A DNA stretch of 32,000 nt from Halogeometricum borinquense DSM 11551 (GCF_000172995.2 NC_014735.1:150001-182000); one strand, 5' to 3'. Shown: positions 8,361-17,172, counted from the stretch's first letter. Translations and numbers: made by a program. The notes: a model not told the origin generated them from the letters alone.

Positions 8361-9149
8361 TCATTCACTCTTTTTGACTAGTTTATGTACTTTGCTCCCC
8401 GCTTGATGCTGGTTGAAGAGTTGCCGTGCCTTCTTTACTGCACCTGTTTTTGAGTTCTCGATGAGTCCATGGAGTCCTCCATTTTCACGATGAACACTCA
8501 ACCAAAATTTTTGTGAACCAACGATAATCAGTCCAAATTGCGGTAACCTTGGTGATATATTGATCTCCACAGAGTGATTGTCCATCTTCTCATACTCTGA
8601 CTCATATTTTTCTTCCATTATTTTTATAATATCACTGTGAATAAGAAGTTCAATTGAATTACCTTTTTCTACTCTTTGACATAGGAACTGGAGCTGTTGT
8701 GGAAATAAGACAGGCAGCATAGCCTGAATTGGCTCACCATCTGGTACCGATGAAATATCCTTAAACGGAGTTGCTGGTGCACGTTGATTTGCCAACGTTA
8801 CTTCAGAACCATGAAGTAAACTCATTCCAAGTTCTGATTTCTCTGGAAGGACAGAAAGTAATTTACTCGAATTAGAGAGCGTTTTATATGTTTGAGAGAT
8901 ACTGTCAAATTGTCTGTAAGCAAGTTTTCCAAACCGCGTGAACTCACAGCGACTACCACGACGAAGCAGAATATTTTCTGCTTCAAGCTCTCTGATTGCA
9001 CGGTCTATCGTCGATCGAGAGACGGTTAATTGATCGTAGAGATCCCTCTTATCTTTGACACCATTATCAACCTGTTCTAAAAGTCGGTGCCGGGAGAGAA
9101 TTACTTGCAATGGGGACAAATGGGACGCAGTTTTCATAACCAGCCACAT
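8361..9149 (-). CDS. winged-helix transcriptional regulator with a DUF1724-like C-terminal domain
   Basis: 262 aa. The N-terminal HTH-like segment is KRDLYDQLTVSRSTIDRAIRELEAENILLRRG. Length and C-terminal layout fit archaeal ArsR/DUF1724 regulators. An alternative start is Met5 at 9137. Confidence 0.65.
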   Translation of the reverse strand: MWLVMKTASHLSPLQVILSRHRLLEQVDNGVKDKRDLYDQLTVSRSTIDRAIRELEAENILLRRGSRCEFTRFGKLAYRQFDSISQTYKTLSNSSKLLSVLPEKSELGMSLLHGSEVTLANQRAPATPFKDISSVPDGEPIQAMLPVLFPQQLQFLCQRVEKGNSIELLIHSDIIKIMEEKYESEYEKMDNHSVEINISPRLPQFGLIIVGSQKFWLSVHRENGGLHGLIENSKTGAVKKARQLFNQHQAGSKVHKLVKKSE

Positions 9150-9281
9150 ATTCCAATCATAGTGTATTATTATTTGCTGTTTTTGAGATTAGATATTAGT
9201 AGCTGTGACCTCAGTTGATTCGTCATCCTGCGCGGCACGGAGCAACATCGGAAGCGAGTGGCGCATATCCACTATGCTAAC

Positions 9282-9941
9282 TCCAGTCCAACTGGAATTC
9301 TGAACGCAAGCTACCATATTCAATCCTTACAAAAATACTATTGTAATGGTAAACTAGATAACACGACCAACGTCCACGTACCCCACGATCTGGCTTGCTC
9401 GATTTTACTCGCAGACATGCCGCAAGCTCAGCATACGACGGTTAGGGATGTTTCCGCAAGAACTCCATTAGTAAACAAACACGGTATCGGTGACAAACGT
9501 CGCTTCGACCCTCCACACCCCATGTATTTTTCAAATCCGATGCTAATAGGGCAGAGGTATTCACATATATGTCCATTATACCGTCGTATTGTGGGGCTAT
9601 AATAGTATAAATACTAATTTGTAACCAGATATTGTCAGGATACAGTGATATAGATGGAAAATATATCTAAAGGAGAATAGTATCTGCATCTTCTATTTTC
9701 TAACTGTAGATTGCTACAATATAGTCATAGATAGCGTTTTAGTAATGGCGGACCACAATAGGATTCGTCAGATACGATGTCGAAAACGCTGATAGCATCG
9801 ACGTGTGTGAAGTCGTTGTTGAGGCGATGTGTATTCGGCCGAGTATGATACTGACCGCTCGTCACTCTATCTCGAACGCTCTCTGGCCGGCGGCATCGAC
9901 TGCGTGAGTTCAGAGAGCATGTCCGTCGCAAAACTCGTGAT
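9282..9941. repeat. direct repeat copy A (~660 bp); contains a detached copy of the last 75 nt of the gene at 15110-15748
   Basis: It aligns by eye with 14524-15184 at an offset of 5,242-5,243 bp. The last 205 bp (9737-9941) differ at a single position (9847). The remainder is roughly 80-85% identical with small indels. Confidence 0.9.
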
Positions 9942-10008
9942 GCCAATCTAAACAATTCCGTCTCTAGTGTAGAAAGATATATACTTATCAGAACCAGTCT
10001 ATTATTTA

Positions 10009-11991
10009 GTGAACAAATCCAAGTTAGTCTCGTGGCTTGGTAACGCCAGCAGTAGCGTTCGAAGAGTTCAAGCTCTCATACAGCGCGAATTTTGGCTACT
10101 TGTTCGATTGAAGTGGCTCTGGATCGTTACTCCCGTTGTTGTATTGGTAGGTAATTCATTTATTACTCCCTTTGGTAATGAAGTCACAGTGACTGGTGGA
10201 TGGATTGCCGTAGCGGCATCAGAAACAGCAGTTGCCTTTGCTTCGTATTTTGCCGTTCCTGTGGCGTTTCGAAGTATAATTCACAGTCGTCAATCAGGAA
10301 ATATCCGAATCACTGCTGGAACGCCACTAACGCGCAGTGAGATTATCATTGGAACTGCCTTCGGGCGAGGACTCGCACTCTTCTGTCCTGTGCTGATGGG
10401 TGTGGTAGGTACTGCTATCTTAGGCTGGAACCATTATGGGACATTACCGGTCTTTCTACTCATTGGGTACACTGTCGTAACAGCCCTCTTTATACTTGCA
10501 GTAGTCGCTACCATCACTGCCATCTCAGCGGTTGTTGAATCCACTGTTCATGCAGTTGCTTGTAGTACTGTCTGCGTAATTGTGATGGCGTATTGGACAG
10601 ATATTGTCGCGGCAATCCACCAATTTATAACTTCTCAGAATGTCTCTATCGGACAACCTCCCCAGTCAGTCATTCTCCTTGTCGCCCGACGTCTCACCCC
10701 GATTAACTCATTTTTTGTTGTGGTGAATACACTAACTGGTGTTGGAAATACAGACAGTAATTTCGTAGATTCAATACAGTATGGGTTGCAGGGTGAGGCT
10801 GGCTATCATGTTGGAGCATTATTTGGATCTGGATATCCTATCGTCTTGTCGCCGTGGGTTTCGGTACTAATTCTTATTGCGTGGATTATAGTTCCAATCG
10901 CATTTGCATCAGCAGTCTTTAGTCGTCTTGATTTGCCAGTTCAGTCTGATAAGTTTCGGAACATATTTAGTGAATCTGTCCCTCGAATCTTCCGTCGTAC
11001 TTCGTACCGTCTTGGATTTATTCCATTTCGGGTCGTGGAGTTCGTAATGGGTGCGGTTAATTCCGACCCAACGTCTGAGTCGTGGCTCCCGATAGCACGT
11101 CGAGAATTCACTGATATCCTCCGTTCACTCGCGGCACCGCTCCTTTTTGGGCTTGTGGTTATGGCATATCTCTACTCCCTTACAACGATATCTCCAAATA
11201 TATCCTCCCAAATCGGACAGCAACTTCCAGCAGCTGTTGGTCAACAGGCAGTGACTATCTTTGGACTCGTTGGACCAGTTTTCCTCGGATACCGCTCGAT
11301 CGCAGAAGAACGTGAATCAGGCACGATTCGCTATACTGCGGGGCTCCCTCCCTCTCGAACAAGTGTCTTAATTGGTAAAGGTGCTGGACTCTGGTTCGCA
11401 CTCTCAGTTATAATCGGCTATGCACTTATTGTGTGCTTCGCCATTGGGTCAATACAGACAGGATCATTCCCAAGTGTTGCTTTTTCAGGTACACTAGTTG
11501 CAACAATTATGTACATTGGAACAAATACGGCTATCGTGGTCGCACTGTCAAGTTTCTTCTCCCGAGGTGTTGCCGCCGTGTCGGCAGCGATAGTCTACCT
11601 GTTCTTTGTTTTGTTCTGGAGCGGAATTCATCCTATTATTTGGGACTCAATCTTTGGATATTCATATATTATACAACCACCTCCACCAGATAGCTTATAC
11701 TTCCTTACTCGACGACTCTCCCCAAGACAGGCAGTGACTGTCTTGTGGAATTGGGCAATAGGAGTCGGCAACTCTGGGTCTAGCTACACCATGGTATTAC
11801 ATATTGAAAACGCCGTTACGAGCCCAAATCTGAACGCGCTCACACACTCATTAGTCGTGGACGTATCATACTCAGATGGTCAAGTTCCGATTATTCTATC
11901 ACCCGTAGCATCGGTGGGAACCCTTGCTGTATGGGGGATTATTCCATTTGCGCTCGCGTTGCGTCGATTCCAAACAAGTGACCTTACATAA
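10009..11991 (+). CDS. fused tandem ABC-2 family permease (two permease modules in one 660-aa polypeptide)
   Basis: The ABC-2 N-terminal motif occurs twice (RVQALIQREFWLLVRLKW near the N-terminus and LPIARREFTDILRSLAAPLL mid-protein), each followed by about six hydrophobic helices. The start is a GTG at 10009, with no early ATG. An ATPase gene follows 6 nt downstream. Confidence 0.8.
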   Translation: MNKSKLVSWLGNASSSVRRVQALIQREFWLLVRLKWLWIVTPVVVLVGNSFITPFGNEVTVTGGWIAVAASETAVAFASYFAVPVAFRSIIHSRQSGNIRITAGTPLTRSEIIIGTAFGRGLALFCPVLMGVVGTAILGWNHYGTLPVFLLIGYTVVTALFILAVVATITAISAVVESTVHAVACSTVCVIVMAYWTDIVAAIHQFITSQNVSIGQPPQSVILLVARRLTPINSFFVVVNTLTGVGNTDSNFVDSIQYGLQGEAGYHVGALFGSGYPIVLSPWVSVLILIAWIIVPIAFASAVFSRLDLPVQSDKFRNIFSESVPRIFRRTSYRLGFIPFRVVEFVMGAVNSDPTSESWLPIARREFTDILRSLAAPLLFGLVVMAYLYSLTTISPNISSQIGQQLPAAVGQQAVTIFGLVGPVFLGYRSIAEERESGTIRYTAGLPPSRTSVLIGKGAGLWFALSVIIGYALIVCFAIGSIQTGSFPSVAFSGTLVATIMYIGTNTAIVVALSSFFSRGVAAVSAAIVYLFFVLFWSGIHPIIWDSIFGYSYIIQPPPPDSLYFLTRRLSPRQAVTVLWNWAIGVGNSGSSYTMVLHIENAVTSPNLNALTHSLVVDVSYSDGQVPIILSPVASVGTLAVWGIIPFALALRRFQTSDLT

Positions 11992-11997
11992 CACATC

Positions 11998-12900
11998 ATG
12001 ACCGCTATTGACATCACCAACTTCACGAAAGAGTACAAATCAACAACAGCCGTCGATGGCCTTAACCTCAGCGTCAAAGAGGGTGAAGTTTACGGGTTTC
12101 TCGGCCCAAACGGAGCAGGTAAGTCGACAACAATTGATGCCCTAATGAACTACATTCAACCAACTAGTGGACAAATAGAGATATTTGGATTAGATGCACG
12201 TGAGGATGCATCACAAGTTCATAGCCGTGTTGGAATTCTCCCGGACCAATTCGACGTGTATGCGCGCTTAACCGGACGTCAACATATCGAGTTTGTTGCC
12301 AATACTAAAGGAGTGGACATTAATACCGATACCCTACTTAATCGGGTTGGACTCGAGGATGCAAAGGATTCGCCTGCTCAGAGCTACTCAAAAGGTATGC
12401 AGCAACGGCTCGGATTAGCGATGGCACTTGTCGGAGACCCAGACCTTCTTATTCTTGATGAACCATTCTCAGGATTAGACCCATTTGGAACACAACTGGT
12501 CCGTGACATCGTTATGACACAGACCAACCGTGGTACAACAGTCTTCTTTTCGAGTCATGTTCTTGAGCAAGTCGAACGTGTCTGTGGCCGTATTGGGTTG
12601 TTGGACGATGGCCAATTAGTAGCAGAAGGCAAGCCACGAGAAATTCGCGCAAGTGCAGATGTCAAACCACGGCTCGTCGTCGCACTTGCGCAGCCGAAAA
12701 AGGGACTTACTGAGGTCCAAGACATTGATTCCGTTTCTGACGTTAATATTGATGGGGACGGCTATTTGAGTGTGGTCAGCGAGTCAGCACACGTCTTCAC
12801 AACAGTTCTAAATCGGCTTGATAGCACTAACGAGATACAGTGGTTTGATGTTGAATTCGGAACTATCGAGGATGCTTTCATTGAAAATACCAATTCATAA
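11998..12900 (+). CDS. ABC transporter ATP-binding protein, paralogue of 7420-8322
   Basis: Walker A GPNGAGKST, signature YSKGMQQRLGLA, Walker B ILDEPFSGLD and H-loop SSH are present. It is also 300 aa and shares blocks with the first ATPase (e.g. QLVRDIVM, YSKGM.QRLGLAMAL). Confidence 0.93.
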   Translation: MTAIDITNFTKEYKSTTAVDGLNLSVKEGEVYGFLGPNGAGKSTTIDALMNYIQPTSGQIEIFGLDAREDASQVHSRVGILPDQFDVYARLTGRQHIEFVANTKGVDINTDTLLNRVGLEDAKDSPAQSYSKGMQQRLGLAMALVGDPDLLILDEPFSGLDPFGTQLVRDIVMTQTNRGTTVFFSSHVLEQVERVCGRIGLLDDGQLVAEGKPREIRASADVKPRLVVALAQPKKGLTEVQDIDSVSDVNIDGDGYLSVVSESAHVFTTVLNRLDSTNEIQWFDVEFGTIEDAFIENTNS

Positions 12901-13021
12901 TAATTGATATTGGTTCCGCAGTAAAAATAGAGAGCCAGAGTGGAGTGGTAGTCTAGTTCATAATTTCCCAATCATCGATTGCTACACACTGCTACTTGCT
13001 CGATCAGTTATTGTTACAATA

Positions 13022-13046
13022 AGGAGGTTTATTATCTCCTACTTTT
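13022..13046 (+). terminator. hairpin plus T-run downstream of the second ABC-2 operon (candidate terminator)
   Basis: AGGAG (13022-13026) and CTCCT (13036-13040) form a 5-bp stem around a 9-nt loop, followed by TTTT at 13043-13046. This lies ~120 nt after the stop at 12900. The signal is weak. Confidence 0.25.
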
Positions 13047-13062
13047 CAAAGACTGTTAAGAC

Positions 13063-13852
13063 TATGCATCATCACTCGCATTCATTTCCCAATGAGGCGT
13101 TTTACTCTCCTTTGGATTGAGTGAGAATGGCCCAAAGTTATATGCAATATCTACTTCATCGTCATCATATGTGTGGACGTACTCTCCATTAATGTTGTAA
13201 CTACCAGTGTATTGATCTCGGTTTATTGCTTTTATTTCGGTACTGAAGGCGGCATTGACACTTTGATCAGTACCATCTGTGGGTGTTCGTTTTTCGTCAA
13301 ATTCTACTCTTACTCCAAACCTTTCATTTCCTCGTATTCAATTCGATCATTTTCATATTTTACATTCTCTCGGCTCTCATCAACTGCCTGCCAATAGTCT
13401 TGAGACCAAGATATAGCCGCTGAGTCTTTTGATCCAACTTTTTGAGTGAAGTCACCAGCGTCGTTATTCCATTCACTGAGATTCCATGAGATTGTGGCGT
13501 CATAAACCGGTGGAATATTCTTTTCAGGATTACCCTCTTCAATTTCATTTAGACTCAACCAAAGATCGGTTTTATTATCCTCACTTGGACTTCCATATCT
13601 ATCCGTACTCACATCTCCCTCTTTAAACGAAGGAACGCCTCGGGCCATATGATATTTCATGTTGTGCTTATCCATGAACGCTTTTGCTTCGTCAATTTTG
13701 TGTTGCCAAAGTAATTTTCGCACCTGACGAATTGGAACATCATACTCCGATTCGTTGGACTCGGCTGTAACAACGGGGAGGGTTGAGATACTACAAATTG
13801 CTGCGCCTGTTCGATACAGGAACTTCCGACGGGTATGGGTCTTTTGACTCAT
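13063..13852 (-). pseudogene. Tat-signal secreted protein of unknown function, apparently interrupted by a frameshift near 13300-13330
   Basis: The likely start is the ATG at 13852 (MSQKTHTRRKFLYRTGAAICSISTLPVVTAE, a twin-arginine signal). The frame stops at 13310. An ~85-codon acidic continuation without a start codon (…VEFDEKRTPTDGTDQSVNAAFSTEIKAINRDQYTGSYNINGEYVHTYDDDEVDIAYNFGPFSLNPKESKTPHWEMNASDDA) is open in another frame from ~13338, overlapping the end of the first frame, down to the stop at 13063-13065. Confidence 0.55.
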
Positions 13853-13928
13853 ACATTCCAAGATAATGTTCACTACCCTATAATAGTTATGAGAAAACAA
13901 ATAATTCTGACACTTCTGCAATCAGAGA

Positions 13929-14351
13929 CTAATGACCGACTGTTACAACATGTATGTGTGTGTTATTTTCATCTTTTTTTATTTCTATTACTATGATATT
14001 CGATCTATGGTCTGAATCCACTCTCCAGATCCCATCCTTAGATTTCAAACCATCTGACTCAACAATATACTTATAATCACTAGCAGGTACAACATCTTCT
14101 TTGCGGATCTGTTCATTCGGATCTACTGAGAAGGTAGACTCGTACACCACTTCGGAATTCTTTCCTTCGTTTTTGAGAATCACGTCAATAACCTGTTGAG
14201 TAGTTGTTTCGTTACGTATTAGAATTGATTGAGATGAATTTAACTCAGATGTACCTATACAGCCGGAAATCCCGACTATAGAACTAGCTGTTAATAAAAT
14301 CAGCCTTCTCCTACTAATCCCGTTGCACATATTGTATTTGAATTTGCTCAT
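13929..14351 (-). CDS. small secreted lipoprotein of unknown function (Tat-like signal plus lipobox)
   Basis: The signal is MSKFKYNMCNGISRRRLILLTASSIVGISGC. The mature part is ~110 aa, beta-rich and Ig-like, with a His-rich C-terminus (THIHVVTVGH). It lies 7 nt upstream of the next minus-strand gene. Confidence 0.7.
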   Translation of the reverse strand: MSKFKYNMCNGISRRRLILLTASSIVGISGCIGTSELNSSQSILIRNETTTQQVIDVILKNEGKNSEVVYESTFSVDPNEQIRKEDVVPASDYKYIVESDGLKSKDGIWRVDSDHRSNIIVIEIKKDENNTHIHVVTVGH

Positions 14352-14523
14352 GTTGTGAATAATAACACCAAATATCTGGAGATAACTAAGTGTGTCGGCT
14401 CTAGGGATCTGTTGAATTATTCAGACAATCGACGTATGCGTCGTGGACATCTATAATTAGATCCCAACTACTTTGTCTGAACCAAGCTACAAAAGCTGTC
14501 TGTAGGTGAGGATAAGATCCGAT

Positions 14524-15184
14524 TCCAGTCCAACTGGAATTCTGAACGCAAGCTACTATATTCTATCTTTACAAGAATAATACTGTAATGGTGGAATAGA
14601 TAACACGATCAACGTCCACGTATCCACGATCCGGATTGTCTGATTTCACTCGCTGGCACGCCGCAAGCCCAGAACACGACGGTTGGGGAGGTCTCCAGGA
14701 GAACTACATTAGTAAACAAACACGGTATCGGTGACAAATTTCGCTTCGACCCTCCACACCCCATGTATCTTTCCAAACACGATGATAATTTGGCCGAATT
14801 ATTCACACATATACCGATTACACCGCCGTATTGCGGGATTATAATAGTATAAATACTAATTTAGAACCGAATATTGTCAGAATACAGTGATATGGGTAGA
14901 AAATCTATCTAGAAAAGAATTAGTATCTACAACTTCTATTTTCTAATTGTAGACTGCCATAATATAGTCATGAATCGCGTTTTAGTAATGGCGGACCACA
15001 ATAGGATTCGTCAGATACGATGTCGAAAACGCTGATAGCATCGACGTGTGTGAAGTCGTTGTTGAGGCGATGTGTATTCGGCCGAGTATAATACTGACCG
15101 CTCGTCACTCTATCTCGAACGCTCTCTGGCCGGCGGCATCGACTGCGTGAGTTCAGAGAGCATGTCCGTCGCAAAACTCGTGAT
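14524..15184. repeat. direct repeat copy B (~661 bp), contiguous with the intact gene at 15110-15748
   Basis: See copy A. The left edge begins in a palindrome (GATTCCAGT-CCA-ACTGGAATT, 14521-14541). The right 75 nt are the true 3' end of the gene at 15110-15748. Confidence 0.9.
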
Positions 15185-15748
15185 ACGTTCGTGGTCTTCG
15201 ACTGCTGTTCGGAGTGTTTCGTAGTACGCTCGTTTGTTGAGGGACGTGAACGGGTACACCGCACGGCACAGGACATGCTCATCTAGGCTTCCGGTGATCC
15301 GAAACTGACTCCACTCGGTGCGTTCCGATAGCGCGGGTTTGACACGTTTTGCACGCCGTTCGAACCGGTTTCGAAACTGTTGGTGGAGTGTTTCGGCCGA
15401 GAAATCAGCACTCCCCGTTTCGCAGTCCTCTAAATGAAGTTCGAACTGCAACGTCCCGGTCGTATACTGTTCTGCGGTGGGGTGGTGTTCGAAGTGAAGG
15501 TCGAGGCCGTATTCGCGTCCAGATCGCCAGACGTGTGGCTGCAGTCGTCCCCACGGCTTTCCGGAGTCGCTCCACTCCCACGTTCGATCACCGGTTTCCG
15601 GAGGGTACGTATCCAAATAGTCGCTCCACTCGTGCTGGAAGACTTCTCGAACGAACTGATCGATATCGTCTTTGGTGCCGATATTTACGACTTCCCCGTC
15701 GGCACTATCTCTGTGTTTACGTCCCTCTTCCTCTCTCCGAATAGGCAT
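15110..15748 (-). CDS. conserved-looking acidic hypothetical protein (212 aa)
   Basis: The ORF is G+C-rich with haloarchaeal composition. A TATA-like element lies ~28 nt upstream of the ATG. No family was recognised. Confidence 0.7.
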   Translation of the reverse strand: MPIRREEEGRKHRDSADGEVVNIGTKDDIDQFVREVFQHEWSDYLDTYPPETGDRTWEWSDSGKPWGRLQPHVWRSGREYGLDLHFEHHPTAEQYTTGTLQFELHLEDCETGSADFSAETLHQQFRNRFERRAKRVKPALSERTEWSQFRITGSLDEHVLCRAVYPFTSLNKRAYYETLRTAVEDHERITSFATDMLSELTQSMPPARERSR

Positions 15749-15771
15749 GCCACTAATTCACTTCTTCTATC

Positions 15772-15780
15772 ATATAAATA
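15772..15780 (-). promoter_or_regulatory. TATA-box candidate for the gene at 15110-15748 (leaderless spacing)
   Basis: Plus-strand 'ATATAAATA' (minus-strand TATTTATAT) is centred ~28 nt upstream of the ATG at 15748. Confidence 0.45.
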
Positions 15781-15793
15781 CACATACATTATA

Positions 15794-15819
15794 GTGTAAC
15801 AACCATACCTTTGTTACAC
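15794..15819. promoter_or_regulatory. perfect 9-bp inverted repeat GTGTAACAA-N8-TTGTTACAC in the divergent intergenic region
   Basis: Read directly at 15794-15802 and 15811-15819. It lies between the gene at 15110-15748 and cetZ. The geometry suits a dimeric transcription-factor operator. Confidence 0.4.
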
Positions 15820-15984
15820 CAATCTTGCGGCAATGTATCTGCTATGAGAACATGTCTCTCTCAGTACATAGTTTGTGCGATGATCGATAGCTGACGCACG
15901 TCTCGAAAAATCAGAGACGACAGGCTAAGAACTCGGCTGAAGTGCCGGACAAATTCAGAAGATTGAACAGAGCACCTGGTATAT

Positions 15985-17172
15985 ATGTCATCCATGCGTC
16001 TCGTGTTGCTCGGTATCGGTCAGGCCGGTGGGAAGATTGTTGACCGGTTTCTCGAATATGAACGACAGACCGAGCAGGACTTCATCGAAGGAGCAGTCGC
16101 GTTCAACACTGCACGCGCTGATCTCAAAGAACTGTCTCACGTTCCTGAACACCATCGCCAGCTATTCGGGGAGGTTGATGCCAAAGGCCACGGCGTCGGT
16201 GCGGACACTGAGTTCGCCGCCGACCTCGCTGAGCAAGACGCACAACAACTCATCCGGTCGCTAGACGATATCCCGACCTCTCGGGCCGATGCGTTCCTCG
16301 TCGTCGCGGGATTGGGCGGTGGAACGGGGAGCGGTGCCGCTCCGGTACTCGCCAACGAACTCGACCGAATCTACGAAAAACCCGTCTACGGACTCGGAGT
16401 TCTCCCCGCTTCCGAGGAAGAGGATGTCTTCGCGTACAACGCCGTCCGGTCGTTCCGGACACTTGTCAATCACGTTGATAACCTCCTCTTGTTCGACAAC
16501 GATACGTGGCTCAAATCCGGCGAGGAAGTCACGGAAGCGCACGACCGTCTCAACGGCGAATTAGTCCGTCGGCTTTCGGTGCTATTCAACGCGGGCGAAG
16601 TTACCGACGAGAACGTGGTCGCCGAGAGCGTCATCGATTCGAGCGAAATCATCAACACGCTCCGTGGCGGTGGCGTTTCGACGATTGGCCACGCATCGAG
16701 TACGCTGCCAACCGACGACTCGTCGGGCTTCAGCCTCGGTAACCTGTTTGGCTCGTCTGACAACGAACCCGACGAAATCGAGGCGATGAATCGAATCACC
16801 ACTGCGGCACGGAAAGCGACGCGCGGACGGCTGACGCTTCCCTGTGACGTCTCGAGTTCTCAACGAGCGCTCGTGGTTACGAGTGGTCCGCCCCAGTGGC
16901 TGAGTCGAAAAGGTATCGAGCAGAGCAGACAGTGGATCGAAGAGGAGACCGAAAGCATGGAGATTCGTGGCGGTGACGACCCGCGCTCCGATTCAGACCG
17001 GGTTTCGGTGACAGTGCTGTTCGCTGGCGTGACGGACATCCCTCGAATCGAACAGTTGCGAGAACGGGCGCTTAAAGCGGCCGAGTCGAGTGGTGACTCC
17101 GACGACCTCTCGGAGACGGAACTCGATGATTTCGCTGATAGTTCAGTCGATGGCTCGGATCTGAAGCGCTAA
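15985..17172 (+). CDS. cetZ: CetZ, archaeal tubulin/FtsZ-superfamily cell-shape protein
   Basis: N-terminal LLGIGQAGGKIVDRF, tubulin signature GLGGGTGSGAAPVLA, and DNLLLFDNDTW with NAGEV closely follow the recalled Haloferax CetZ1 pattern rather than FtsZ. An alternative start is the ATG at 15994 (MRLVLLGIGQAGG). Confidence 0.9.
   Translation: MSSMRLVLLGIGQAGGKIVDRFLEYERQTEQDFIEGAVAFNTARADLKELSHVPEHHRQLFGEVDAKGHGVGADTEFAADLAEQDAQQLIRSLDDIPTSRADAFLVVAGLGGGTGSGAAPVLANELDRIYEKPVYGLGVLPASEEEDVFAYNAVRSFRTLVNHVDNLLLFDNDTWLKSGEEVTEAHDRLNGELVRRLSVLFNAGEVTDENVVAESVIDSSEIINTLRGGGVSTIGHASSTLPTDDSSGFSLGNLFGSSDNEPDEIEAMNRITTAARKATRGRLTLPCDVSSSQRALVVTSGPPQWLSRKGIEQSRQWIEEETESMEIRGGDDPRSDSDRVSVTVLFAGVTDIPRIEQLRERALKAAESSGDSDDLSETELDDFADSSVDGSDLKR

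Noticed and set aside
9258-9602. 114-aa plus-strand ORF inside repeat copy A
   Set aside because: The homologous stretch in copy B (about 14500-14845) carries indels that destroy this frame and shows only an unrelated minus-strand ORF (14609-14806). The composition is not protein-like.
14968-15282. 104-aa minus-strand ORF (and its counterpart 9725-9955)
   Set aside because: It is an alternative frame overlapping the 3' end of the well-formed gene at 15110-15748 and its downstream region, with an Arg/Ser/Thr-rich translation.
5662-15800. Search for an integrase, transposase or terminal inverted repeats that would define the AT-rich island as a classical mobile element
   Set aside because: No ORF in the island resembles a tyrosine or serine recombinase or a DDE transposase, and no terminal inverted repeats were seen at the repeat ends. 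It is therefore reported as a compositional island with direct repeats, not as a defined mobile element.
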